Below are positions 19,213 to 29,380 of a stretch of 64,000 nucleotides of DNA, piece by piece. Source of the DNA: a virus; the IMG/VR virus record IMGVR_UViG_3300023174_007394, positions 1-64,000 of that record; one strand, written 5' to 3'. How positions within the stretch are numbered: the stretch's first letter is position 1; every line of letters starts with the position of its first letter. The notes below the pieces were generated by a model, which saw nothing but the letters and a program-made list of their open reading frames with translations, did not search any database and was not told the origin of the DNA. Made by a program: the position numbers and the translations under genes.

Positions 19213-22200
19213 TTAATCATCATCCCCTATAGTTGCACCGCTTAACATCCATTCGTTATAGCCTGTTTTAAGCAATGTTGCCACCCCATAATTTTCTAAA
19301 TACCAAACATTATTCTGAGTAGGCGATCCTGCGCAGTATATGTCAGCATAATTATTATTATTATTCTCTGGGTAGATATAAATATTACCGCCTGATCTAT
19401 TTACTATAGTTATTACAGATCCTACAGGAAAACTTAAATCTCCGAAAGGACCATAATAATCATTATAGGGAACATATATTGTTGCACTATTATAAGTTAC
19501 ATATAGATGTTTTCCTCTGTCATCGGGTGTGATTGTATAGCTATATGTGATAATATTTTGTGGGATATCTATTGCGCTTCTGTCTTGTGTGCTTCCGTCG
19601 GAGAATTCTATAGAGCCGCCATATGATTCATTGACATTATACACACTTTCAGACCATTCCCAGCCATCTCCCATATAATATCCAGTAGGTGAAGACTGCG
19701 ATAAACTTGTGTTAATCACTGTTAATTCTATGTTCTCTGAAACGATCTCCGGATGGCTAAATTCTATATAATCTGTTGATTCGTATCTCCAATATCCATG
19801 GGTTCCTAGTCCTGTGCCATCAGTAGGGAATTGTGCAAAAAATGTGTTAGTGTTATAATCAGCTGGTGTATATGTGGATCCAACTATGTTATATTTTCCA
19901 TTAGCAATGCTTAATGAGCCTGAGGTAAATCCCTCATCAAATCCTATGTAATCATTATATTTTCCTACAATTTTTCTTCTCCAGATATTGACACCGTTAG
20001 TGTCAAATTTAAGAATAAAAATCCTATTATCATTACCGTCATAAGCGTTTACTGCCATTATTATCTTATCATCTGTGTCAACTGCTACCACAGGATTATA
20101 ATTGCTGCTCGCTGAAGTGTGGGTTTGCCACAATATGTTTCCACTACTATCTAGCTTTGTAAGAACTGCATCAGAATCATCAACGGATCCAACTATAATT
20201 TTACCCGTACTGTCTATGCACACACTAGTTGCTCTTTCTTCCTGAGCGGAAGGAGCTAACGTGTTAATATTTTTACTCCATTGAATTACCCCTGCTGAAT
20301 TAAATTTAACCACCATAGCTTGGGTATTACTATTATCTATGGTTTTTCTTCCCACCGCATATATGTTATTCGATGAATCAATTGCAACATCATAGAATCT
20401 ATCATAAGATCCAGGGCCACCTATGGATTTTTCCCAATCAGGTGTCCAAATAAATGCTTCAGATCCCAGAGATTTTTTAATGTACCATGTTCCAGCACCA
20501 TCAAAATCTGGTGATTGATCTATTGTTAATTTAAGCTTATCTGTGGATCCTGTTCCTGAATAAACAGTCACACTTGTAATTGAATTTGAATTTCCTGAAT
20601 CCACCCCATCAACGTTAAGTACTAAATTATTACCAGGAGTTGATCCACCTAAAAATTCTCCAAGGATAGTTATTTTATCTCCTATTACATAGTCAAATCC
20701 CGTATTATCGTAATTATCTACAGAATACGCTCCTGAGATAGGATCAACTATGATAGAAAAAGATGCCCCCGATCCTGTAGCTCCTGTCCCAGTTAATCCG
20801 GTGTAATAGTTCACGTCTGTTATTATGCTTTTTACATTAATATCTGTTCCGTAAATATACCAATCCCCAATAATACCATCTCCTGGATATACGGTGGGAG
20901 AAGAATCTGTAATATCTGATTTATTGATCACAATATTACTAACACTTGATCCGGCTAGTGGTGTTAATTGGCCAAACTCTTGATATTGATTTTGTACCTG
21001 CCCAACTATAACAGGTTTACCAGTAGATGTAACTTTAATACCCCTTGGTGTAAGATCGCCTATTCCAATTATCTCTTTAGAAGAAAGTATTGTTCCTATA
21101 GTTGAATTTATTTCAAATAGACCTAACTTACTCCAATATACATCATCGTCATCTCCCTGTATGCTCGACAATGCTGTAACTATCCAAAGATTTTTAGTTA
21201 TTGGATCTATCGCAATTCCTCCTCCATCTTGTGTATTTACTGAATCATAATAATCTTGAACGTTTGTATAAGGTCCAGATGCACCGGTAGCAGCTATGCC
21301 AGAAAAAACTGCTGCTGCTCCTACCTGACCTCCAGTACCTCCAGTAAGTCCGGTAACAACTAGTGTCAGGTTATTGTCTGGCTGGGATCCTCCTAGAACA
21401 TCCCCTGATATAAAGATTTTTTCGCCTAATTCATAATGTGAACCTACAGAATCAATGCTATCTAAAACATAACTACCCCCGCTTACTGAAACTGTAAATC
21501 TTGCACCGCTTCCTGATCTAAGATTATTTCTCCATCTTGTATTTCCGTTTCCTTCCAATTTTTTAGTGATAGTAAGTGGGTTGTTAAAGTCATAGTCCTT
21601 GCCTATTGTATAGGAATTTCCGTCAATATCAGTAACAACTGCTAGGTATCCTATCATATCATTAAGGTTTAAAGGTTGGCCATAAGTTTCAATAAATCCT
21701 ATTTGAGTTTTTTTCAATTTTAGATTAGAGTCTATTGGAATCTCTAAGTTTCCATTTCCGTTAACAACCAAATCATTTGTTGATGTTCTTACTATTTCTG
21801 TTGAAAGAGAAGAATCTGTAACAGTAGCGGTGTATGAACCATCCGAAACATCCACTGTAACTTGAGACCAATCTGAGAAGGAGATATTAGATTCATTTAA
21901 AACTATAAATTTGCTAGGTATCCTATTTTTTAAAAATTTATAAGCTCCCAATTTAACTTCCCTACCATCTGTAGGAAGACTAGCTACAAAAGATCTTTGA
22001 GCCTCTCCGTCTGATGTCAATGTAAAATTGATATAATTTCCTGCAAATGCTATTTTGTCTTCATAAACCGAAATTAAACCTCCTATAACTCCCTGGTAAG
22101 GGTTGGAAAAAGTCCAAGTACCTGAAGGGTCTATTAGGTTTCTTTGCCATAGAATATTTCCTGATGAATCGGTTTTAGAGATTATTAAACCGGGTGTAGA

Positions 22201-23355
22201 TTCACCCGCAGTTATAGCTGCAATATATAAATTTCCAGATGAATCAAGAGCAATACCGGTAACCATATCCTCACAATATCCAAAAATATTTCTTGCCCAT
22301 TCTATAGTTCCAGAAGAGTCCATTTTAAAAACAAGAAACGCAGCTGTATAGTTATAATAACCGTTGTCTTTTATTGTAAAATTACCCACAACAAATATAT
22401 TTCCTATAGCATCTATAGCCAAATCAACAGCAGCATCGAATGATTCTGAGCCAGGTACTCCAAAAGTATCAGGTATTTGTATGGTTTTAGCCCATTGGAA
22501 TACCCCATATTTATTGTATTTTGTAACAATCATCTCACTCTTTATAGGGGATGTGAGTCTTTGATAACTTCCGACCGATATAATATTATCATCTTGATCC
22601 ACTCTTGTTGTAAAAATGTAGTCATTGCCCGGCTTACTTAATACCCTATTCCATATTTGGGACAGGTCACTGCCATCTATTAACATGATCAAAAGATCCG
22701 GGTCCTCTGCTAGAGTGTCATCAGTAAATCCTGAAATTATTATGTTATCTTCAGAATTAATTGCTAGTGAAACAGCTGCACCATCATACGACCCATTGAA
22801 AAGTTTTTGATCTAGAATATTTCCATTTGCCCCGTTAATTTTTATAATACTAAAATCATTGCTTCCTATATTTGAATCTGATACAAAAATATTATTTTGG
22901 CTATCTATTGTGAATTGGGCAATGGGCTGGCCATCAACTAATATTTTTTTCTTCCATAAAACCACACCATCAGATGCAATTTTAACTATCTCTATAAAAT
23001 TTTCATCATAAAGTACAGATATTGAAACTATATCGCCCTCGTTATCATGAAGAACACTAGTTAAAATAGTATTTTGTTGACCGTCCCGTGTGTCTGGTTT
23101 TAAATCAAGTTTCCAAAATTCTGTGCTTCCTGATCTAACTGTGATATCAGCATCTCCTGAGATGGTGTATTCATCAAGGGATAAATTTCCTGTGTCCCCC
23201 TTAAAGTATAATAGATCATTCCAGGCAGAAGACCCGTTACCGTATTTTATTTTACGTGAATCAATTTCATATCCAGGCTCGCCCTGCGAAAGAATTGGAT
23301 TAATAGATGTCCAGTTTGCTGCTGTGTCCCTCCTTAGTTGTATTTTAGATGCCAT
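19213..23355 (-). CDS. Tail fibre / receptor-binding protein: Mtd-N/hyaluronidase-type N-terminal anchor plus beta-propeller repeats
   Basis: KIQLRRDTAANWTSINPILSQGEPGYEIDSRKIKYGNG; many DSSGNIYxxG / KxDSSGNILW repeats. Confidence 0.8.
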   Translation of the reverse strand: MASKIQLRRDTAANWTSINPILSQGEPGYEIDSRKIKYGNGSSAWNDLLYFKGDTGNLSLDEYTISGDADITVRSGSTEFWKLDLKPDTRDGQQNTILTSVLHDNEGDIVSISVLYDENFIEIVKIASDGVVLWKKKILVDGQPIAQFTIDSQNNIFVSDSNIGSNDFSIIKINGANGNILDQKLFNGSYDGAAVSLAINSEDNIIISGFTDDTLAEDPDLLIMLIDGSDLSQIWNRVLSKPGNDYIFTTRVDQDDNIISVGSYQRLTSPIKSEMIVTKYNKYGVFQWAKTIQIPDTFGVPGSESFDAAVDLAIDAIGNIFVVGNFTIKDNGYYNYTAAFLVFKMDSSGTIEWARNIFGYCEDMVTGIALDSSGNLYIAAITAGESTPGLIISKTDSSGNILWQRNLIDPSGTWTFSNPYQGVIGGLISVYEDKIAFAGNYINFTLTSDGEAQRSFVASLPTDGREVKLGAYKFLKNRIPSKFIVLNESNISFSDWSQVTVDVSDGSYTATVTDSSLSTEIVRTSTNDLVVNGNGNLEIPIDSNLKLKKTQIGFIETYGQPLNLNDMIGYLAVVTDIDGNSYTIGKDYDFNNPLTITKKLEGNGNTRWRNNLRSGSGARFTVSVSGGSYVLDSIDSVGSHYELGEKIFISGDVLGGSQPDNNLTLVVTGLTGGTGGQVGAAAVFSGIAATGASGPYTNVQDYYDSVNTQDGGGIAIDPITKNLWIVTALSSIQGDDDDVYWSKLGLFEINSTIGTILSSKEIIGIGDLTPRGIKVTSTGKPVIVGQVQNQYQEFGQLTPLAGSSVSNIVINKSDITDSSPTVYPGDGIIGDWYIYGTDINVKSIITDVNYYTGLTGTGATGSGASFSIIVDPISGAYSVDNYDNTGFDYVIGDKITILGEFLGGSTPGNNLVLNVDGVDSGNSNSITSVTVYSGTGSTDKLKLTIDQSPDFDGAGTWYIKKSLGSEAFIWTPDWEKSIGGPGSYDRFYDVAIDSSNNIYAVGRKTIDNSNTQAMVVKFNSAGVIQWSKNINTLAPSAQEERATSVCIDSTGKIIVGSVDDSDAVLTKLDSSGNILWQTHTSASSNYNPVVAVDTDDKIIMAVNAYDGNDNRIFILKFDTNGVNIWRRKIVGKYNDYIGFDEGFTSGSLSIANGKYNIVGSTYTPADYNTNTFFAQFPTDGTGLGTHGYWRYESTDYIEFSHPEIVSENIELTVINTSLSQSSPTGYYMGDGWEWSESVYNVNESYGGSIEFSDGSTQDRSAIDIPQNIITYSYTITPDDRGKHLYVTYNSATIYVPYNDYYGPFGDLSFPVGSVITIVNRSGGNIYIYPENNNNNYADIYCAGSPTQNNVWYLENYGVATLLKTGYNEWMLSGATIGDDD

Positions 23356-23406
23356 TTTTTGGTTTTTATTTTTTATATTTATCTTAAAACACTAAAAATA
23401 AAATCT

Positions 23407-26400
23407 TTAGTTTTTAGGTTTCATTAGATTTATTTTTGCTTTTAAATTATATTGAATAGAATCAAATTCTTTAGGCTGTTCACTTAATCTCAATCCCTTA
23501 AAAATCTCATCAGATACCCAATTAAATTCCTCCCTGCTTCTGCTGTTTATTTGCTCTTTAACGAACTTCATTTCTTCTATAGGGTAAATGTTATTTAATC
23601 TAGCAGAAGTGAGTATACCATTCGCAAACACGTTTATATGACCCTCTGTGAGGATGTTATAGAATATTCCATCTTCCCTTACTATTTCTTGACTAACCAA
23701 TGTTACTTTAGATTCATCATCCTTAAAGGTTGTTGTCCCTATTGGGGTTTCATCTGTCATCGGATGTGTGAATCTTCCTGCCTCTATGTTGAATATTCTA
23801 TGTCCTATATCCTTTAGAATAGTTCTAAGCTCAGTGCCATCACTGAATTTTAGAATATTATGTTCTTTCATGACGGGTGAAGGCATGGCAATAAATACAG
23901 GATTTGCAAAATCAAATTTTCCCTCGTCAAAATTCCATACTAAAAGAGAATCACTATATTCTATGTCTTCTATCTTCTTTTTTGACCCATCAGCTAGGGT
24001 TATTAGTGTTCCTTTTATAAGACAGATATAAGAGGTAAATTCCTGTTCTTCACTGTATGCAGTTCCGTTTGAGTTTGTTGCATACGCTCTAATATAAACA
24101 ATTCCCTCCGGAATATACCCTGTAGATACACCAAACGAAGGACCCGTAGGATTTGCTTGGATCTTATTATCATCTATTGTTGGATTATGAGCTGAAGACC
24201 AAACAACACCAATATCAGTTAAATTATATCCTCCATCATCAGCTAGATTGGCATAAACAAAAGCAGATGTACCGTATGATGAAATACTAGTTATAGATAT
24301 TGTTGCTAGTCCTAGATTTGCATTGGATCCGTCTAATGACATATCAGATGGGCTAAAAACTGTGCTAGAAGCACCACCATCAAAATTCATATAGATATTA
24401 TTCCACGATAAATCTCCAGATCCATTATTATAAAGATATCCAGTGGCATCGGATGGTAAATTAGTTCCTAGAACTGAATTGCCACCACTATCTTTTATAT
24501 CACCACCTGTCGGTAATGTTAGATTACCGTTTGAATCAAATAACCATTCCAGGTGTCCATCACGTGTGGCATTCTTAAGTTGTAGGTGTGCCCTGTGATT
24601 GGCTGTAGTATAATCACTACCATCTTTGTCAAAGTAAAAGTAGCTGGTGTTATTATCATTAATCTCGCCATAGCTGATTCCAATCCAATCTGCTCCAGAC
24701 CCAGTACGGAATTCTAATCCTGTATATGGACTTTCTAGTTGTCCTATCTGTCCGTTGTTGTTGGGAAAGTTTAGTACACCATCTGCGTCAAATTTCCAAG
24801 TCTTGGATGACGAATTAAATGCAACTCTTTTTGGTCCAGAATTAAATCCTGTGGTAATATCTTGATCGACATGGATTTGCCAATCACCAGAATCTTGTTG
24901 GATATCTGTAATTGTGGCAGTTATGGGTGTTCCCCATGCTGTGGTTACAGTTTCCCCTATATTAATAGCTGTACCTAATGTAGGATATACACTGTCCGAA
25001 ATAAATAACCTCCAAACTCCGCCTGGTGGCACAAGTTCATCTACATCTAGTACATTAACCCTCTCCAATAAAGGATTACGATCAGTTTTAATGTTTAACT
25101 CTGTTGAAGTTGTTATATTACCCCCGTTAGGTAATGTTAAATTGCCATCCCTATCAAACCTCCAACTTTTATTACCGGAATTAATATTTACATTCCCTGA
25201 TGACCCTGAGGATCCAAACGAATTTCCTGCTGTAAGATTGACATCTCCTCCGTTATAATTTGATCCTGATGTACCAAAACCATTTCCCGCTGTTATATTT
25301 ACATCTCTACCATCTCCTGGATTTTCGCTGTCTGGTGTTTTAGCATTGATATTTACACTATTCCCAGAATCAATTGTAATATCATCCCCGTGGTTACTTT
25401 TTAGAATTAGTCCATATCCTGCTGATGTTATTATTGTATCCCCACCATTCATATCTAAATTTATTAATCCCTGTAAAGGATTTATGGTAACAAAAGCTTC
25501 TCCTCCTTCAAAATAAGTTTCCACTCCAGCTCCACTAAATTTAATGGTACCTGCTGTCTGTGGTGGTTTAGTATAAATGTCTACGCTATTAGTTACTTCC
25601 CCTGTTTCTTGATTTTGCCTTGGCAATGTCTCATAAACATCTATCCATTTAACGCCATCGTGTAAACCCCAAACACCACCAGGATGCATATTTCCATCAA
25701 CAACAATCGAGATCTTTCCTGGTTCACTCTCGTAAAACCAAGCCTCCCAAATTCTGGTAGATGGTGCATTTAAATCCTCTATGTCATTTTGTATAGCACC
25801 TTCATAACGTATTACAAATCTTCCATCATTTGTGGATCCATAGTAATATCTGTTAATCGACGTATCTGAAGCACCCACTGTAATTGAAGGAACTGCTAAC
25901 GTTGCTGGGCTAATTGGCCAATAGATTGAATATTCTTCAGGAGAATTATCTTCCACAGAAGCGAAAGTAAGATAGCTATTAGAATTTAACCAGACGTCAT
26001 TATATGATTGTCCTAGAAATTGGATAGTGAATGGGAGTTCAATAAGGTATTCATTATCATCGTCCCCCAAATTAGATACCTCATTTATTAAACCAGATCT
26101 TCCGTGCAAAGAAACATTATCAATATAATCAAAATATCTTTGCTCAATGTTTATAGTTCCTGAAGTTCCTGTAGGACCAGTAGGACCAGCAGGACCTGTC
26201 GCCCCATCCCATCCAGTTTCTCCTGGAGGGCCTTGCTCACCTGGAACACCTTGGGCTCCTGCTACGCCTTGCGCACCTGCTGCTCCAATGAATTCTTGCA
26301 TAGCACTCATGGGGATTCTAGATGTCTGATTATTAACGACCCCAATCATAACATCAGATGATTGAATATCTGTTGCTAGAGGTAAAGTCTGTATTTTTCT

Positions 26401-26409
26401 TCCTGGCAT
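23407..26409 (-). CDS. Fibre/adhesin with short collagen stretch, FN3-like domain and C-terminal Hint domain
   Basis: GAQG/GPTG triplets, three WxFDxxGxLxxP repeats, GVVWS...IRAYATNSNGTAYS FN3-like module, CLIKGTLITLADGS...ANGILTS. Confidence 0.8.
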   Translation of the reverse strand: MPGRKIQTLPLATDIQSSDVMIGVVNNQTSRIPMSAMQEFIGAAGAQGVAGAQGVPGEQGPPGETGWDGATGPAGPTGPTGTSGTINIEQRYFDYIDNVSLHGRSGLINEVSNLGDDDNEYLIELPFTIQFLGQSYNDVWLNSNSYLTFASVEDNSPEEYSIYWPISPATLAVPSITVGASDTSINRYYYGSTNDGRFVIRYEGAIQNDIEDLNAPSTRIWEAWFYESEPGKISIVVDGNMHPGGVWGLHDGVKWIDVYETLPRQNQETGEVTNSVDIYTKPPQTAGTIKFSGAGVETYFEGGEAFVTINPLQGLINLDMNGGDTIITSAGYGLILKSNHGDDITIDSGNSVNINAKTPDSENPGDGRDVNITAGNGFGTSGSNYNGGDVNLTAGNSFGSSGSSGNVNINSGNKSWRFDRDGNLTLPNGGNITTSTELNIKTDRNPLLERVNVLDVDELVPPGGVWRLFISDSVYPTLGTAINIGETVTTAWGTPITATITDIQQDSGDWQIHVDQDITTGFNSGPKRVAFNSSSKTWKFDADGVLNFPNNNGQIGQLESPYTGLEFRTGSGADWIGISYGEINDNNTSYFYFDKDGSDYTTANHRAHLQLKNATRDGHLEWLFDSNGNLTLPTGGDIKDSGGNSVLGTNLPSDATGYLYNNGSGDLSWNNIYMNFDGGASSTVFSPSDMSLDGSNANLGLATISITSISSYGTSAFVYANLADDGGYNLTDIGVVWSSAHNPTIDDNKIQANPTGPSFGVSTGYIPEGIVYIRAYATNSNGTAYSEEQEFTSYICLIKGTLITLADGSKKKIEDIEYSDSLLVWNFDEGKFDFANPVFIAMPSPVMKEHNILKFSDGTELRTILKDIGHRIFNIEAGRFTHPMTDETPIGTTTFKDDESKVTLVSQEIVREDGIFYNILTEGHINVFANGILTSARLNNIYPIEEMKFVKEQINSRSREEFNWVSDEIFKGLRLSEQPKEFDSIQYNLKAKINLMKPKN
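23605..24024 (-). other. Hint (Hedgehog/intein-like) autoprocessing domain, ~140 aa
   Basis: Block A C-L-x-x-G-T-x-I-x-x-A-D-G starting at Cys796, His in GHRIF, terminal YN...FANGILTS without His-Asn. Confidence 0.8.
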
Positions 26410-26422
26410 TTTTTATTTTATA

Positions 26423-27028
26423 TTATTCGATAAGATAATCTCCATTTGTACCCTCTAGGAAAATAAAATCCCCATCCTGGCTTGTTAACAATCCAGAAGG
26501 AGCGCTAGATCCTTGGTTTTGGGCAGTTCCTTTACCAGCAAGAATTATTTTCACATCCACATAATATTGTTGTGGATTGTGTAGAACTATTCCCCCCGCA
26601 ATAAAAAATGGTGATTCTATTTCGCTCCCGTTGGGATATGCTGTTATACCTGTTCCTGCATTTATTCCTGGCTCTCCTGTCCATATATTTACCTCTCCGA
26701 CGGGGTAAGTGATATTATCATATATTAAATCAATGTATTTAGATGAATCTGTCGTGAATAATGCGGGATAAGTTACTTTAACTAGGAAAAAACTCACCTC
26801 ACCAAATTCATTTCCTAATTGAGAATCGTCCAAAAGAAATGCACTGCCGGGTCTTAGCCTTAAATTTTGTGTGAAAAAATTATCTATATCCATAGAAAAA
26901 TCACAAAAACTTATAGAATTTGTTAAAGCAGAATCCTTTGTTACTCTAAAAGTACATCTGTCAAAGTATCCTTGTTGTATTTGACTATTTGCTAAGTCTT
27001 CTTTACATATTACTGGTGGTTTTGCCAT
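26423..27028 (-). CDS. Hypothetical virion protein (paralog of next gene)
   Basis: Shares GEVSxxxxKVxY and GGIxxxNP with 27028-27588. Confidence 0.7.
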   Translation of the reverse strand: MAKPPVICKEDLANSQIQQGYFDRCTFRVTKDSALTNSISFCDFSMDIDNFFTQNLRLRPGSAFLLDDSQLGNEFGEVSFFLVKVTYPALFTTDSSKYIDLIYDNITYPVGEVNIWTGEPGINAGTGITAYPNGSEIESPFFIAGGIVLHNPQQYYVDVKIILAGKGTAQNQGSSAPSGLLTSQDGDFIFLEGTNGDYLIE

Positions 27029-27588
27029 TAGTTCATAATTAATATTTCAAGCTCAACCTCTTTATTAGTGGGATTATAAACTAATATACCGCCAAAGGTT
27101 AAATCTGGAGAACTTGGTATAGGATCTAAGGTAGGCGAAAAAGAGGGAGCAGGTGTTATTCCAGTGAAAGGTTCCAAATCCCATCCATGATATTTTTCAT
27201 TATCTAGGGTTCTTCCCGTTAGAAATAATAGATTTTTACATGGAAATATTTTTCCTTCGTATTCCCATGTGATATATTTTTCAGAATCTATCAGGCTAGA
27301 ATCATATCTAACTTTCATTATAACAAGAGATACTTCTCCCTGATCCTGAGCAATATTTCCAGCATGTAAATTATATGTTTGTCCAGCTGCTAGAAATACA
27401 CTCTTTTTTAAACTCCCGCCTTCTTCAGAAGCAAAATGTGAAAATGTTGACAGATCTGTTGTGTCTAAAACCTGTGATCCTGATATTATCTTAAGGGAAG
27501 ATCCCTCAAAAATAATTTTCTTTTGTTTGGTTGGATTACATTCTAGGCTTCTAATGTATCTTGAATCTGTTGAGTTTATTGTAGGCAT
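27028..27588 (-). CDS. Hypothetical virion protein (paralog of previous gene)
   Basis: Same shared motifs; translationally coupled. Confidence 0.7.
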   Translation of the reverse strand: MPTINSTDSRYIRSLECNPTKQKKIIFEGSSLKIISGSQVLDTTDLSTFSHFASEEGGSLKKSVFLAAGQTYNLHAGNIAQDQGEVSLVIMKVRYDSSLIDSEKYITWEYEGKIFPCKNLLFLTGRTLDNEKYHGWDLEPFTGITPAPSFSPTLDPIPSSPDLTFGGILVYNPTNKEVELEILIMN

Positions 27589-28763
27589 TATCTTAGTCTT
27601 ATTGGATTATTTATTGAAACAACTTCATTAGTTTTTTTCTTAGCAGGCTCTATAACCTTATATCCACCAAATCCTTCTTGTGAAATACCAGAGGTTCCAA
27701 GAGAAAATACAGACTCTGTGTTTATTTTTTCTTCTTTTTTTATCTCATCTTCTAAAACAATTTGGTCTATTGCATCCTCTATTTTTATTTCTTCCTGTAC
27801 TTCTTCCTCTTCAGACTCTATTACATTTTCTTCTTCATTGTTTTTAGTGTCTACTATTTCATCCTGGATTTCTTCATTAAGGCTTTCTTCTCCAATAGTT
27901 TCTTCCTCTACAGTTACCGCCTCGTCAGTAGTCTTCTCTTCTTCCCTTTCTTCCTTTTTAGTCTTACCAGCTATAGAAAAAGCATAGTTAGCAGCAATAA
28001 CCAGGGATATTGCTAAGGGGTCAAATACCAGCATTAAAGCAATTATAAACCAGTTCACAACTTGATCTAATGTTTTACCAGTTAGCTTAGCAATATATTT
28101 TAAAGGACCTATTTCGTTAGCTAGATCGTTATTTGTGGAAACGGCTAATATCTGAGTCTCTAATTCTGTAATTTGTCTATTTTTGGATGTAATAGTGTCC
28201 TGTATAACTCTTATATCAGCATCTATCTGGGCGCTTTCTTTTCCTAGACTTCCCATTTGTGTTCTTATAGACGATGAAGACTTATTTTGTGCAATTAAAT
28301 TATCTGCATTAGTCTGCTGTCTTGCCCTTATATCAGATATGGTATTTTGCCTTTGATTTTTGTAATCTAACTGTTTTTCTGCTTGATTCAATTGTTTTTG
28401 AATCATATCTTTTTGCTTAACTAATACACCTGTGCTTTTATCCACATTTTCCACCTTATTCGCGGTCTCCTGATATGCAGAGGATAAAAATCCATAAATA
28501 CCAGCAGATGTTATCATAATCAGCAAAAGACAAGCTATAACCAGATACGTTCTAAGTACCTTATTTACATCTCCCCAAAATCTATATAAAAAAGAAGCAA
28601 TGACTAATTTAGCAAATTCTAGGCTGGCAGCCATTATCATAACATTATTAGAAGCTCCAGCAAACATTCTTCCTATTCCAAAGATTGAATAGAAAGCAGC
28701 AGAAAAAGATATGGAGATAGCAGAAAAAGCTACTATCCATGGAAATATCTTATTTTCTTTCAT
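27588..28763 (-). CDS. Multi-pass membrane protein with long coiled coil and acidic tail
   Basis: Three N-terminal TM helices, coiled coil, GPLKYIA...FDPLAI TM. Start moved to ATG 28763 because the longer ORF crosses a promoter/terminator. Confidence 0.75.
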   Translation of the reverse strand: MKENKIFPWIVAFSAISISFSAAFYSIFGIGRMFAGASNNVMIMAASLEFAKLVIASFLYRFWGDVNKVLRTYLVIACLLLIMITSAGIYGFLSSAYQETANKVENVDKSTGVLVKQKDMIQKQLNQAEKQLDYKNQRQNTISDIRARQQTNADNLIAQNKSSSSIRTQMGSLGKESAQIDADIRVIQDTITSKNRQITELETQILAVSTNNDLANEIGPLKYIAKLTGKTLDQVVNWFIIALMLVFDPLAISLVIAANYAFSIAGKTKKEEREEEKTTDEAVTVEEETIGEESLNEEIQDEIVDTKNNEEENVIESEEEEVQEEIKIEDAIDQIVLEDEIKKEEKINTESVFSLGTSGISQEGFGGYKVIEPAKKKTNEVVSINNPIRLR

Positions 28764-28780
28764 TTTAAAACTTATTTCTT

Positions 28781-28788
28781 TATATATC
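28781..28788 (-). promoter_or_regulatory. Putative late promoter GATATATA
   Basis: Exact motif 17 nt before ATG 28763. Confidence 0.6.
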
Positions 28789-28791
28789 CAT

Positions 28792-28826
28792 AAAAAAAGG
28801 CCCACTCGATAAAGTAGGCCATTTTT
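28792..28826 (-). terminator. Probable intrinsic terminator
   Basis: GGCC-(C)ACT/AGT-(A)GGCC hairpin followed by T7 on the minus strand. Confidence 0.6.
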
Positions 28827-28845
28827 ATATATAAGGAAGCAAAAA

Positions 28846-29331
28846 TTACACAGATGTAATTCCTTGCTGAGCAGCTGCTAAGTCTTTAGTCAGATCCTCG
28901 TATTCTTTATTGTCTCTTCTAACATTGGTTAGAGATAAATCTAGTGACTTATAAACCTTCATAAAATTTTCTGCATTGTTTCTGCCTTTACCTGTGTATT
29001 TATTTAAAAAATAGTGGGAAGCTTCAACTTCAAGTGGTGATAAAAATACAACGCCACTTTTAATACCTTCTTTAGAGATTGTATTTAATTTATTACCAAT
29101 CTCTAGTATTCCGAGTGCTTCTTTTCCTTTCCACTCAACATCATTAATTATTTCGGATAAAGTTTCTAATTCTTTAGTGTTCATACTTACAGCATAAACC
29201 TTTTTATTAAGTTCTTCGTAAAGTTCTTCCACTTTTTTCTTAAGATCCTCTATCTTTTTCTCGTCTATCACTACCTTAGCAGATTCTAATATTTTTTCTG
29301 CTGTTTCTAATTCTTTTACTTCTTCTTGCAT
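28846..29331 (-). CDS. Hypothetical protein
   Basis: 161 aa ORF, helical/charged. Confidence 0.75.
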   Translation of the reverse strand: MQEEVKELETAEKILESAKVVIDEKKIEDLKKKVEELYEELNKKVYAVSMNTKELETLSEIINDVEWKGKEALGILEIGNKLNTISKEGIKSGVVFLSPLEVEASHYFLNKYTGKGRNNAENFMKVYKSLDLSLTNVRRDNKEYEDLTKDLAAAQQGITSV

Positions 29332-29380
29332 ATTTTTGTATTATATTTTATTTTTAGATTTAAATGGATTTAAGTTTCGT

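Noticed and set aside
19213-23355. Diversity-generating retroelement target (Mtd-like N-terminus)
   Set aside because: No reverse transcriptase and no TR/VR pair seen in the window; Mtd-N is a generic fibre anchor.
23605-24024. Hint domain as a mobile splicing intein
   Set aside because: No terminal His-Asn plus nucleophile, no endonuclease, and not inserted in a conserved enzyme.
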